DNA of 63,210 nt, filler included, from Craspedostauros australis (Eukaryota), in assembly GCA_030167865.1 (NCBI GenBank). It is 13 parts of 13 records of this genome, joined end to end, with 100 filler letters (N's around TTAATTAATTAA, not from the genome) between each part and the next. Parts side by side here need not be neighbours in the genome. Positions count along the whole stretch, not along the records: positions 34,867 to 39,259 come from JALAGF010005557.1; positions 39,360 to 41,451 come from JALAGF010005558.1; positions 41,552 to 43,761 come from JALAGF010005559.1; positions 43,862 to 46,846 come from JALAGF010005560.1; positions 46,947 to 55,148 come from JALAGF010005561.1; 8 more parts are not named here. The stretch is one strand, 5' to 3'. Position 1 is the stretch's first letter, and each line of letters begins with the position of its first letter. The translations under genes and the position numbers were made by a program. Below, in pieces: positions 35,110 through 48,216 of the stretch. Below the pieces are notes generated by a model. It ran no database searches, was not told where the DNA came from, and saw nothing but the letters and a program-made list of their open reading frames with translations.

Positions 35110-38100
35110 ACATGACCACCATCTACACTCAAGACCATCGCGAGTAATGGTCCCCTGTGTGAAGAGAGAGGAGAGCAAGCCGCTCTGGAGCATGATGCTC
35201 CTTGCCAATGGATGCCAAGATTGGCATGGTAACCCCCGCACGAACGACGATGTCAAGACGATGATGATGATCGAATCGAGCACCACCGCGAGTCCAACAG
35301 CAGAGTGGAGACCGCAGCTGAGGCAAGTACAGACACTACATGTATTGCTGGAAGCAAGGAGGCGCTCGGAACACGCGCATTGGAAGAACTGTCCATGGTC
35401 ATGGGACCATGAANNNNNNNNNNNNNNNNNNNNNNNNNNNNNNNNNNNNNNNNNNNNNNNNNAGCTGTACGCAAGAAGAGATTCGGACGCAGCAGACCAC
35501 GCTCTCGGATGCATCGTATTCAGCAGACTGCGCCATGAGGGCGAGATAGCTGAAGGAACTCAACGAGATGCAATTGAGGAAGCAATGAGAGCTTCCCACC
35601 TACCCTGCAAGAATGGAGCTGCCTCATCAGCGCTCGGTTGATATGGAAGCCGAGATGGATGAGGAGCGAAGGAGGTCGCTGATGCTGCGCGTCTGTGCAC
35701 ACGGCACGCGCAACGCAATCGAGCACAAGCATGCAGGCAGGGATGATCAGATGAAGAGAGATCAAGATCTACGCAGGCATGGGCATGGCCCATGATCGCG
35801 ATCACATCAAGAGTGATGCGAACAGCAGCAATGGAAAGCATCGAGATGATCACGTGGCATCAATTGTCATCGTGTGATACATGCTCGAGTGCTGGCTGCG
35901 ATTCCTACTGTGAGATGATCGAGATGGTAAGGATGCAACCTACCAGGCCACGAATTGGCAACAACAACGAAAATAGCAACACAGGAAGTGTGTGCTTTGG
36001 TGAGAAGGGAGAGCGCTGCAACAAAGCAGGACGGGAGGTCCTTCCGCGCTTCGATCCCAGGCTCAATACGAAAGACGAGGAACAGGAGGTGTCCTCGCCA
36101 TCGGAGAAGACGATGATTCAAGACCTCTACGAAGCCATGAACCTCATCTACGACCGCCACCGTATCAAACACGGTTATAAGAGCGCACGAGGCAATGGCA
36201 GTGAGAGAGTGAGATGAAGGAAGCTGGGTCGGCCAAGGTCGCGACAGACGGGATGGACGGGATGGATGACATCGCTCTCATCACAAACGACGAGCCGATG
36301 CCCATGCCCATCAACGAAAATGTGGTCGGCATCAAAATTGTGACCAACACGAAATTCGTGGCCATCACCGAAATCGCGAACAACGACCAAAATGTGACCA
36401 TGTGAAACNNNNNNNNNNNNNNNNNNNNNNNNNNNNNNNNNNNNNNNNNNNNNNNNNNCATCAACGAAAATGTGGTCGGCATCAAAAATGTGACCAACAC
36501 GAAATTCGTGGCCATCACCGAAATCGCGAACAACGACCAAAAATGTGACCATGTGAAACTACACGATGATGCGCGATGACAACGCGATCACGAACAACAT
36601 GGCGCTCGTAACAATCAACAATGATGGGGTTTCTGGCTTCGACAGCGGAACACCAGTCAACNACTACGAGTGGACCAGGAAGGTGATAGCCGAGTACACT
36701 CCAGGAGTGCATGGCTACTACAGTCCTACGAACGATCACGATGGAGTTGATCAACCGAGNACCCTTTTCATCCGAGAATGAAGAGGAAGACGGCGACGCC
36801 AACTACAACGAAGGCAAANCGAGTGATGAGGAGCGCAGAGGACTGCACATGAATGCAGGTCCGATCTGCCTCGTGGCTCGATACTCGTTGAGCAGCATGG
36901 CGTCTGCCACCGATGTGCACATCGAGCTTTCGATGATCTGCTACGAAGCGATCAACGAATTCGAGAGTCGACTGTGCAGATGAGTGCACCCATGCGGGTT
37001 GCACTACATGATGCATAAGCACTACATGATGCATGAGATTGGCGTGCGGAGCGCACTCGACGTGGCTCGCAATGTGTACGCAATCAACGACATGCTGGAG
37101 AACAGCANNNNNNNNNNNNNNNNNNNNNNNNNNNNNNNNNNNNNNNNNNNNNNNNNNNNNNNNNNNNNNNNNNNNNNNNNACCTGGTGATGACCAGGATC
37201 CTACTCACGATGAACGTGACATGGATGGATACGTCATGTGAGCAATTCGAGAGTATTGAGAATGCTAGCAGGTCAGTACTGACAGACCTGGGAGATGACA
37301 ACTCTACTTCAGGGATGAGTACCCCAGATAGAAGAGTGACTTGGGAGAGATGTGCAGATACCATCCAAAGCATGGAGACCGACGACGCTGATCAGAGCAG
37401 AAGAGCCGGAGAAGATACAGATACAGAAGACGCTGCTCGAGGGCAAGATGACTTGCTCCCTACCCAAGGGGACAATGAATCGTACGATGATGACGACGAT
37501 GAATCCAGAAGGGACGATGAGACGGGACGAGACGATCTGGTCGAGGACGCACCAAACACAGTCCCAATCGCAGAACCTGTCGTGCACATGCCGAGGATGC
37601 TGAGTGCTCTCGAGGGATGCAACAATACACCCATCCGAAGGAAGAGCGAGAACTCGGATCAGGTGGAGAATCAGAATCAGAGAACGATGAGGGGTATGAG
37701 GCCACTCGACGATGACTACCACACTACCGGCGACAGGAGGACCCAACATTCACACAGAAGGGTCAACATTCAACAGAGATATCGCAGGCATGACNNNNNN
37801 NNNNNNNNNNNNNNNNNNNNNNNNNNNNNNNNNNNNNNNNNNNNCTCGACGTGGCTCGCAATGTGTACGCAATCAACGACATGCTGGAGAACAGCAGCTT
37901 CACTTCCGATCCAACAGACGCTGATTGGGCACAGGAGTCGCATGCAAGCGGTGTGGACCGCACGAGTGAACCTGGTGATGACTAGGATCCTACTCACAAT
38001 GAACGTGACATGGATGGATACGTCATGTGGGCAATCGAGTGTATTGAGAATGCCAGCAGGTCAGTACTGACAGACCTGGGAGATGACGACTCTACTTCAG

Positions 38101-39259
38101 GGATGAGTACCCCAGATAGAAGAGTGACTTGGGAGCGACGTGCGGANACCATCCGAAGNATGGAGACCGACGACGCTGATNAGAGCAGAAGAGCCGGAGA
38201 CGANACAGATACAGAAGACGCTGCTCGAGGGCAAGATGACTTGCTCCCTACCCAAGGGGACAATGAATCGTACGATGATGACGACGATGAATCCAGAAGG
38301 GACGATGAGACGGGACGAGACGACTTGGTCGAGGACGCACCAAACACAGTCCCAATCGCAGAACCTGTCATGCACATGCCGAGGATGCTAAGTGCTCTCG
38401 AGGGATACTATGATATGCCCACTCCGAAGGAGGAGCGAGAACTCGGATCAGGTGGAGAATCAGAATCAGAGAATGATGAGGGGTATGAGACCACTCGAGA
38501 GATGACTACCACACTACCGGCGACAGGAGGACCCAACTTTCACACAGAAGGGTCAACATTCAACAGAGATATCGCAGGTATGACGATTGACACCACTCAT
38601 GAGAGGATGAGCCTGGGTGACTTCATCACTGCGAACCAAGCATTGAACTACATACAGAACGAAGAGAGGGATCCGAGCAACCAAATGTCGCAATGGTGCT
38701 GGATCCAACCACAATTGACGAATGACGGGGTCATGTGGATCCCAAGAAGAGCAATGAATGGCAGGAGGCCATGACAGTACGGTTCAGTGATATAGCCATG
38801 ACATGAGCATGGCTGATGATCTAGAAGAACCGGATGCCGAATGATCGACAAGATACTACGAGCACAGATATGAGATCGATGTGCGATGAGAATGAGATTG
38901 ATGAGAGAGAGACTCGAATCTGGAAAGGATACAACTATGAGAGTGCGAGCCATGAACGGCGGATTCCAGATACAGTGAGTCAAGACGCATCGATAGACGA
39001 GCAATGAGAGAGACGCGGNNNNNNNNNNNNNNNNNNNNNNNNNNNNNNNNNNNNNNNNNNNNNNNNNNNNNNNNNNNNNNNNNNNNNNNNNNNNNNNNNN
39101 NNNNNNNNNNNGACGAAGAAGCTGCAGCATGATGAATCGATGCTATCCAGAAGAGGATGAAGGCGATCGACAACGCGGTTGCAAGGCAACACGACAACAG
39201 AGCTGGCAGCTGACCACAATGTACCAATACCCAACAAGGGTGACGAACGAAGCATCAGA
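35110..39259 (+). pseudogene. Degenerate coding-like region, possibly Copia Gag plus a long acidic linker
   Basis: Broken plus-strand frames, A/G-rich like the Copia fragments; IQDLYEAMNLIYDRH resembles Copia Gag ends. No diagnostic catalytic motif. 37845-38584 duplicates 37056-37794 across an N50 gap. Confidence 0.35.
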
Positions 39260-39359
39260 NNNNNNNNNNNNNNNNNNNNNNNNNNNNNNNNNNNNNNNNN
39301 NNNTTAATTAATTAANNNNNNNNNNNNNNNNNNNNNNNNNNNNNNNNNNNNNNNNNNNN
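39260..39359. other. Artificial scaffold spacer
   Basis: N44-TTAATTAATTAA-N44. Confidence 0.97.
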
Positions 39360-41451
39360 GTCGCGACATACCGGCATCTCGCCAATGATCTTCCATCCGT
39401 ACTGAGCGGCCGTCCGCTTTATGGTCTCGAGTGGCGCGTGGCCGAGCATTCGATGCAATTCCACCGCGCTCACCTCTTTGGATGGGCTCTTGACGATGGT
39501 TGTGCAAGCCTTGTCGTCCTCAGTTGGCATGATGGGATGCATCTGCACTCCTGTGATGAATCTGTTGGAGGTGGGAAAGATCCAATCGAAGATGATCTTC
39601 TTCCCTGCTTTGTTGATGATGTCCATCAGAATGCCGTCGTTACCAATCTGGTAACCGTTGTACAGAGCCTTGTTCATAGAGAAAAGGTTCACCGCCATTT
39701 TCGGTGTGTACTTCACGTCGTCGAGCCGGATGACGTGACCAGTGTTGTCTCGCTGCTTGACCTTCAAGCGAATGGATCCCATCTTGGGAGAGTCCAGCTT
39801 CGTGCTGTCTCCCACTTGGACGAAGGACTTGATGTGCCGCACGAAGAAGAGGGCGGCATCTGAATTCACGATGTGATAAGAAGCTCTGCTGTTGGCAAGC
39901 CAGATGTCCNNNNNNNNNNNNNNNNNNNNNNNNNNNNNNNNNNNNNNNNNNNNNNNNNNGCTTTATGGTCTCGAGTGGCGCGTGGCCAAGCATTCGATGC
40001 AATTCCACCGCGCTCACCTCTTTGGATGGGCTCTTGACGATGGCTGTGCAAGCCTTATCGTCCTCAGTTGGCATGATGGGATGCATCTGCACTCCTGTGA
40101 TGAATCTGTTGGAGGTGGGAAAGATCCAATCGAAGATGATCTTCTTCCCTGCTTTGTTGATGATGTCCATCAGAATGCCGTCGTTACCAATCTGGTAACC
40201 GTTGTACAGAGCCTTGTTCATAGAGAAAAGGTTCACCGTCATCTTGGGTGTGTACTTCACATCATCGAGCCAGATGGTGTGGCCAGTGTTGTCTTGTTGC
40301 TTGATCTGCAGTTTGATGGAGCCAATCTTGGGAGAGTCCAGTTTTGTGCTGTCTCCCACTTGGACGAATGACTTGATGTGCCGCACGAAGAAGAGGGCGG
40401 CATCTGAATTCACGATGTGATAAGAAGCTCTGCTGTCAGCAAGCCAGATGTCCTTGTTGACCCTGTCCTTGTATTTGGTGCTCAGTTCGTGGAGCTGCTC
40501 CATGGCAGCTGCAGCCATGTCATCTTTGTAGTCATCGTCGTTGGGATCGTCGTCCCCGTAGCCCATTCCGTGGTAGGTCACGCCATCGTAGTACGGTTCT
40601 GCGGGCACAGCTGGGGTCGTGCTGTCTCAATGAAGTCCAGTCACTGGATCGTATGGCGTGACGCATGGTCGCTCGTGCAGGAGCACGTGCATGCATCCTC
40701 CCAGGATGTAGTGCAATGCCATGTTGGGAATTGGATTGTTGTTGTATTCCCCCAACAATCGGTTGATGACTGATCCATTGGCGAGAATCTCTTTGATGGA
40801 CCAGAAGTTGTTGCACAGCGTGGTTGCTGTCGTGCACACCCACAGGTGTCGCTCTCCTGCATCGTCATCGTCTGAGTACAAGCGCATGCCTGCCGTCATT
40901 ACAGCGTTGCGGATGAGCTGTTGTTGCATGATCTCTGCAGTTGCCGTTAGTCGTGGAATCGCATCGTTTCTGAAGTTGATGCCCTGTCTGGTGAATTCCA
41001 CGATCGGCGCGAATACGATGTCGTATGGATAGACGACCTCTTCATTTGGATTGAATCGATCTTCTTCTACCGATCCGTTGCTGCGATCTTCGTTGAAGAT
41101 ACCCGTTCTGTTGTTCCCCGCTGCTGGAGGAGGCGGCGCCTTGCCGCCATTCATCTCGTCTCCGGAGACGCTGTGGTTGTCTTGATCTGCGCCGTTCTCG
41201 TTGGTGTTGGCATCTTCTTCACTCATGGCCTCTTCGATGTCACTATCGATGGCCTCGTTGTCCATCTCAGCTCCATCACCGTATGGACCAATCAGGTCGT
41301 TCGCGTTAAAGCAGCATTCGTAGCTCACTTCACGTCTTGGATCCACCTTGTGGATGATGGGCTCCTTGCGGAGCCACTCCGGGACGATCTCATCGTCCTG
41401 CACTTTGTCGTCACTCCCAACGCGCTCGAAGTTATCAAAGAAGGAATCTTC
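39360..41451 (-). mobile_element. Ty1/Copia fragment: Gag-PR linker, protease and pre-integrase zinc finger
   Basis: DIWLADSRASYH (protease), LDDVKYTPKMTVNLFS, ELHRMLGH...VCRD. Overlaps the start of 61011-63210 in sequence. Two variant copies flank an N50 gap. Confidence 0.9.
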
Positions 41452-41551
41452 NNNNNNNNNNNNNNNNNNNNNNNNNNNNNNNNNNNNNNNNNNNNTTAAT
41501 TAATTAANNNNNNNNNNNNNNNNNNNNNNNNNNNNNNNNNNNNNNNNNNNN
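41452..41551. other. Artificial scaffold spacer
   Basis: N44-TTAATTAATTAA-N44. Confidence 0.97.
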
Positions 41552-43761
41552 GGTGACCTCTGATGCGGTAGGGTAGAATTCTCTCCAATGGCTTGAGAGG
41601 GTGGTGTCGATGTTCGTGTGGTCCACTGGGTTGGGATCGCAGAGGATGGCTCCCCTTTCTCGACCTTTGAGGTATCCAATGATACGTTGGATGGTCAAGA
41701 GATGTCCTTCCCTTGGTGCCATGGCGAACCGTGCCATCGTCGTCGTGGCGTATTGGATGTCCAGCCTCCCGAGGGTCACGACCCAATTGAGNNNNNNNNN
41801 NNNNNNNNGGTAGGTCCTGGCGTCTTCAGCGCTTGTGAAGTCCGAGGTGTCGCTTTCTGGGTGGCAGGCCTCTACCATGGGGGTGGATGCCTCCGGGATT
41901 GTCTTCCCTACTAGTTGCTCCACTCGTTTGATGACGTTTCCGATATACGTCTGGGCTGAGAGTCCGATGTTGACTCCCCTGTCCTTCCAGTTCTTGGGAA
42001 GGTCGACGATGTTCCCGCCAAGGTAGTACTCTGGGTCACCGCATTGTTTCATGGTGTACCGTTTCTTGAGGTCATCGATGATTGGGATGGGGTCCTTACT
42101 GAAGACCAGTACGTCATCCACGTATGTGGTGNNNNNNNNNNNNNNNNNNNNNNNNNNNNNNNNNNNNNNNNNNNNNNNNNNGTTGGATGGTCAGGAGATG
42201 TCCTTCCCTTGGTGCCATGGCGAACCGTGCCATCGTCGTCGTGGCGTATTGGATGTCCAGCCTCCTGAGGGTCACGACCCAATTGAGGCAACCCAGTATC
42301 GATCGGTAGGTCCTGGCGTCTTCAGCGCTTGTGAAGTCCGAGGTGTCGCTTTCCGGGTGGCATGCTTCTACCATGGGGGTGGATGCCTTTGGGATTGTCT
42401 TCCCTACTAGTTGCTCCACTCGTTTGATGACGTTTCCGATATACGTCTGGGCAGAGAGTCCGATGTTGACTCCCCTGTCCTTCCAGTTCTTGGGGAGGTC
42501 GACGATGTTCCCGCCAAGGTAGTACTCTGGGTCACCGCATTGTTTCATGGTGTATCGTTTCTTGAGGTCATCGATGATTGGGATGGGGTCTTTACTGAAG
42601 ACCAGTACGTCATCCACGTATGTGGTGATCATCTCGTAGTGGTCGTCGGCTTCTCGGGTGTAGATGTCATTGTCGGCCTTGGAGGGTAGGAATCCCATGG
42701 TTCGNAGGGTGTCNGCGAAGTGTTCGTGNAACCTCGCACTTGATGTCCTCAGGCCGTAGAGTCCCTTTTGGATGATGAGGGGTTTGCCTTCGAGGTNNCC
42801 AAATTCAGGNCCTGCTCGGATGTAGCATTTCTCGAGGGTGTCGGCGTATAGGAACGCGTTCCCTACGTCGCCAGCGTATGCTCTCAGTCCGTTGGCTGCT
42901 GCGATGGCGAAGGCGATTCGGATGGTGTCTGATGCTACCACCCCTGAGTATACGTCTTCTGTTGGTGGGGATGTCTTGTTCCCGTTTGCCACCAGTCTCG
43001 CCTTTCGACGTAGGTCGAACTTCACGTCGTAGACGATGTGGTATGGGATCTTGGTGTACCCATCGAGTGCTTCGTTCGGTCTTNNNNNNNNNNNNNNNNN
43101 NNNNNNNNNNNNNNNNNNNNNNNNNNNNNNNNNNNNNNNNNNNNNNNNNNNNNNNNNNNNNNNNNNNNNNNNNNNNNNNNNNNNNNNNNNNNNNNNNNNN
43201 NNNNNNNNNNNNNNNNNNNNNNNNNNNNNNNNNNNNNNNNNNNNNNNNNNNNNNNNNNNGAGTTCCACCCATTCGAACCCTTTCTGGTCCTGTAGGCGGT
43301 TCTGCTCGGTGTATTCGATGATGATGTCCGGCTGTTGGGCCCTCAGGTCTCCCATCCTGCACCATGATCGCGTTCCGTTCATCCATAGGATCTCTAGGAT
43401 TGCTTCGGTGGTCCCGTCCTCTCGTGTCTCGTGGTGGTGACGAGTGATTCCCTTTGCCTTCCAGTTGAGGTTCCTTCCATCGAGGATGAAGTTGTCTCTT
43501 TCGGTGTACTGGTCACATTGGGCCAGGTATGCGAGTTGGTTGACTTCTGTTGCCGTGAGATTGCAGGCAAAAGAGATGGATGTCGTGTCCCATGGAATGT
43601 TCGTGTTGCACCCTGGTGGGTTCTGCCTCGGGTTCCCTGGGTGGTTTGTTAGGGTGGGTACCCTTTGCGGTGGCGCAGTGTTCACGCCTGTCGTGACTGG
43701 ATCCGCTGCGATGGTCTGGATTATGGATCTGATCGTTCCATGGACGATGTTCTTCCATGGG
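41552..43761 (-). mobile_element. CoDi-type Ty1/Copia pol fragment (chromo-like module + RT)
   Basis: YHIVYDVKFDLRRKARLVANGN, YSGVV, AGDVGNAFLYA, GLYGLRTS, TYVDDVL, EYYLGGN, PREGHL. Open frame apart from the N50 duplication. Confidence 0.93.
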
Positions 43762-43861
43762 NNNNNNNNNNNNNNNNNNNNNNNNNNNNNNNNNNNNNNN
43801 NNNNNTTAATTAATTAANNNNNNNNNNNNNNNNNNNNNNNNNNNNNNNNNNNNNNNNNNNN
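43762..43861. other. Artificial scaffold spacer
   Basis: N44-TTAATTAATTAA-N44. Confidence 0.97.
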
Positions 43862-45483
43862 GCAAACTACCTGGTCGTAAAGATAAAGTACTTTTTCTTC
43901 TGTTGGTTTGCCATGACTGCCATCGAATATCAAACTGCAAGAGAATGCCAGTTTCTGCTCGTTCTTGTGTCTGGCGAATTCTTCGCTGCGATGATGGCGA
44001 GATGTGAATGGTTAATTGTTGTGCTTCTGTGGTGTGGAACAGAACGGACATGTGTCATGCAAGGACAGCTCGTTTGTTGGCATGAGGATGATGGACGTCG
44101 TTGCTTCGTTGATGTTGTGCATGCAGACATGTTTCCGCACGAGACAGACACAAGTGCGTTGTTGTGGCAAACAGCCACGTCGCCATGAGGTCCAGTCGAC
44201 GTCGTACGACGTTGGTCGGACCAGCATGCACAGCAAGCCAACATACATCCGACGTCAGTATGCAATCAGCCGACAAACATCATACATTGGTATGATGTAT
44301 GTCTGACATGTGAATGACGTAATTGACATTTTTGCTAGGAGTAAGGCTAATCGCACCAATTTAGGCACCCCCTGTAGAGATAACTATAATATTAATGGCA
44401 ACAAAAACGCCACTACGTGATAGGGGAGGCCTTCTTTGGTTATTCTATGTGTCTAGTTGCGAACTAATCATACTGAGTGATCGCAGAGGGGGGTGGCAAG
44501 TTGTGCCTTCGAAACGTGGAAAAAACCTGTCACCGCAATGTCATACTTTGCGGTAACATTGGTCTGACATTGGTCAAACATTGATCGGACATCAGATGAC
44601 GTAGGTTGGCTGTTGAGATGACATGATCCGACGGAGGTACGACTTTGGTCGGATGTTGCAACGACATCGTCTTCCCCACGCAGTGGGTTGGAAAGGCGCA
44701 GTACACTGACATTCCACGCGTCCAAGAAACACGAAGCAACAGACAGCCAGTATCCCACGACGCGTGGATGAACTTGACACCGGCTCGATGGTAACGGACA
44801 GAAGTGGTGGTCGCTGTACGAACTGGTGTCGGCGAAGAATGACCGTCTTTCTGTACATTGATGTGCTAAGTTAGAATTTTGTTCGCAGATGCACGACTAC
44901 GAGACATTTGTCATGGTCACAACAGGTGCTTGTGACAACAATTATTTCCATTGCGCGTATCTCCGCTACCATCCATGCCCACACATAATGACCATCAGCA
45001 AAGAACAAATTATGTGACGGACATGTTTGTTCGGCACTACAACGTGGTGCGCTTGTTTTGCCTGTTACGTGTGATGTGGTGTGTGTTAGCAACAAGACCT
45101 GCTCAGACGCACTTTCCCATGNNNNNNNNNNNNNNNNNNNNNNNNNNNNNNNNNNNNNNNNNNNNNNNNGCCACAGGGAATCTACGAACATTTGCTGCGC
45201 CTGTGAATCAGTGACAGTCTCGAGCAATTACGACCACAGCCAACGATTATACGTGACAAAAGGGGTACCAGGATAGAGTGGAACCCGTCGTGCTTCGCAT
45301 ATCTTGTGATTTGGAACACAACTCATCAATTGGTGATTGCATGCAGAAAGGGNNNNNNNNNNNNNNNNNNNNNNNNNNNNNNNNNNNNNNNNNNNNNNNN
45401 NNTGCATTTCTGTCACGGCATCTCTCTCTCTCTATTGTATGTAGTATGGAGAGTCTGGCAACAAAGAGGAAACTTGTACAGAA

Positions 45484-46690
45484 TATGACCCCACTTAGTG
45501 AGTCGACCTGCACTTTGTTACGGGACTCCAGAACTTTTGTCTCAGATATCCAAAAAACGTACATATTCGTATTCTCCTACCTCTCTTTATAAATAATTAA
45601 CCATTACATTTTTGAGATAGATCCTATTTTAAGTTTTATGGACCCNNCAATGTGCGCATTTTTAGACTGCTTTAGGGACTCGGCCGTCTTCTACCGACTA
45701 CATCGATCCAATTTAACCCTTTGCTGTTCTTTGTTTCTGCAACTTTGTTCCGATTTTGAATTGTTTAGTCTCTTTTTCAGGTGTTCGGATGTGACCATCC
45801 AACAGTCCATCCACGATAGCACTAGTTGTAGAATGTTGGGGGAAGCGGCGAATTCGTGTTTACGTTAATTGCACAANNNNNNNNNNNNNNNNNNNNNNNN
45901 NNNNNNNNNNNNNNNNNNNNNNNNNNTACATATTCGTATTCTCCTACCTCTCCTTATAAATAATTAACCATTACATTTTTGAGATAGATCCTATTTTAAG
46001 TTTTATGGACCCGACAATGTGCGCATTTTTAGACTGCTTTAGGGACTCGGCCGTCTTCTACCGACTACATCGATCCAATTTAACCCTTTGCTGTTCTTTG
46101 TTTCTGCAACTTTGTTCCGATTTTGAATTGTTTAGTCTCTTTTTCAGGTGTTCGGATGAGACCATCCAACAGTCCATCCACGATAGCACTAGTTGTAGAA
46201 TNNNNNNNNNNNNNNNNNNNNCGTGTTTACGTTAATTGCACAATGTGCTTGTCCAATCCGTCATCGACGTCACGAAATTGGATACTTCGTCATGAAACAC
46301 CAATCATATCACGATGCGGAAAATCATCAGGTCTGCTTCGTCGTGGCGAAGTGGTTGAGAAGGGTTGGTACTCCTCGAGTGTTTTGTGTAGTGGTCTTTT
46401 TGGACATTCGGTACAATTGGAGGTAAATCTCCACATCCCCCAACATGTGAGGCCGGTTGAGAGTGGCAAACTCGACACACCGACATGGAAGTGGAGCAAC
46501 ACCAAAAAAACACCACAATGGCCGTCGAACGGTATGCTTGGCGCCGCAACAACCAGGCGGCCAATTCAAGATCCAAGCACATCGCCGTCATCTCCACGCA
46601 ACGTTTGATGGGTGGACGAACAGAGGTGGGGAGAGGGGTTGATTTGGGGCCGTCGTAGGCCCCCAAAATACGATCACAATTTGGCCCCAA
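45484..46690 (+). repeat. Unclassified interspersed repeat (probable DNA-transposon terminal region), homologous to 55249-56116
   Basis: Shared blocks with the reverse complement of 55249-56116, e.g. AGTGAGTCGACCTGCACT, TAGATCCTATTTTAAGTTTTA, CGACTACATCGATCCAA, ATTTTGAATTGTTTAGTCTCTTTTTCAGGTGT, TTGATTTGGGGCCGTCG. Confidence 0.8.
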
Positions 46691-46846
46691 ATCGGCTGGT
46701 TGGTTTTGGCCAATGTGTGACACACACAGACCATATCAGCGCCTATGGATGCGCAGGATGCCTCGAGAAGGCCAATATGAAGGCACCCTCGAAGTTTGAG
46801 GGCCGCGGAGCACCGGGAAGGTGTCCGCGCAGAGGCAAAGGTGGTT

Positions 46847-46946
46847 NNNNNNNNNNNNNNNNNNNNNNNNNNNNNNNNNNNNNNNNNNNNTTAATTAATT
46901 AANNNNNNNNNNNNNNNNNNNNNNNNNNNNNNNNNNNNNNNNNNNN
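46847..46946. other. Artificial scaffold spacer
   Basis: N44-TTAATTAATTAA-N44. Confidence 0.97.
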
Positions 46947-47717
46947 GATATTCTACATTACCGCAACTCCCACGTTTGATCATTGTGACACAGAAAAATG
47001 TGAGCTGCACGTAACTCGCGGTGGAGAACGACACGTGCCGAATGCGAACCATGCCCTGACGTTCATGACTCCAATGCAGGAATGCGAATCACACGNNNNN
47101 NNNNNNNNNNNNNNNNNNNNNNNNNNNNNNNNNNNNNNNNNNNNNNNNNNNNNNNNNNNNNNNNNNNNNNNNNNNNNNNNNNNNNNNNNNNNNNNNNNNN
47201 NNNNNNNNNNNNNNNNNNNNNNNNNNNNNNNNNNNNNNNNNNATGAGGAACTTCCAGGAAGCCGGTGAAGTGATCGGCGAAGAAACAATCAGAAACGATC
47301 GGAGTCGACCAGAATCGATCGGAGATGATCGGAGATGATCGGAGATGTCTGATGATCAAGGAGCTGAACGAGCTCCCAACCAAGGCGTTCCCGCATCGTA
47401 TGAGATATCGTGATCCGATCGAATGAGCCGATCTGTGTCATGCCTACGACTCGTTGATGTCTACGGCATCGAAACTATCAGAGGAAGACAACGTGCTAAT
47501 GTGCACGAACATGGGGTACTCGGTGGTGCATGCATGTCCATGGTGAATTTGCGATGAATGCAAGATGGATGCCTGCTAGACCAACAGAGGGACCCATGGC
47601 AATCTCAGGAGGAGATTGGACTTTGCAATTGAGAGCAATGAAGAGCTCACAGTTCAGAGAAGTAGATTCTAACAAACGATTGGCTTTCTACTATCACACC
47701 ACCCCGGATTTCCAACA
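46947..47717 (+). mobile_element. LTR 3' portion related to 85-972, interrupting a Gag gene
   Basis: Shares GCTCACAGTTC...TTCTAACA...CGGATTTCCAACA with the 972 end. Gag homology stops at about 47718. The 5' limit is unknown. Confidence 0.7.
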
Positions 47718-48216
47718 TGCTCATGTGGTTGTGTACCAGCCGAATGAATTGCTGAATGTTGCCACCTTTCTTGAACTTGTCGGTTAATCCAGTTTCGCGC
47801 TGGGATTGGTTCGCAGAGTCGGCTCCGTTGTGGAGGATTCTCTGCTGTTGGGCGTGGGTCCACCTTGTTTGGGACCCTTCTTTGAGGCCAGTCCATTCCA
47901 CGTTTGGTTCGCCTGCTGTCCAGGGTACCCAGTTGCGGCCTTGCTGGTTCATTCCACCCATGATGGGGACGATTGGCTTGGTGGTGAGATCTTCGTCGTC
48001 GTCATCGCTGTCGTCGTCCGGGTGCTTGCCTGCTTTTGCCTTGGGGTCCGTGATGGCGTCAGCTGCGGCTTGGGAGACGGCTGCTGCCATGTTCGCTGCT
48101 TCAGCGTTGGCTTCGGCTGTCAACGTTGCCTCTTGGAGACGAAGGTTTTCAGTCCGAATGGTCTCGAGCTGCGCTTGCAGCTCTTCCAACGTTGGGTTGG
48201 GTTCCTCTTCCGCCAT
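47718..48216 (-). mobile_element. Copia-type Gag N-terminal fragment (family related to 59311-60910)
   Basis: PIMGGMNQQGRNWVPWTAGEPNVEWTGL...QQQRILHNGADS aligns with PIMGGLTKAGRHWVPWTGGKPNVEWTGL...QQQRVLHNGSDS. Confidence 0.75.

Noticed and set aside
37056..38584. Tandem ~740-bp duplication
   Set aside because: Flanks an N50 gap; an assembly artefact of allelic or paralogous copies is more likely than a true tandem repeat.
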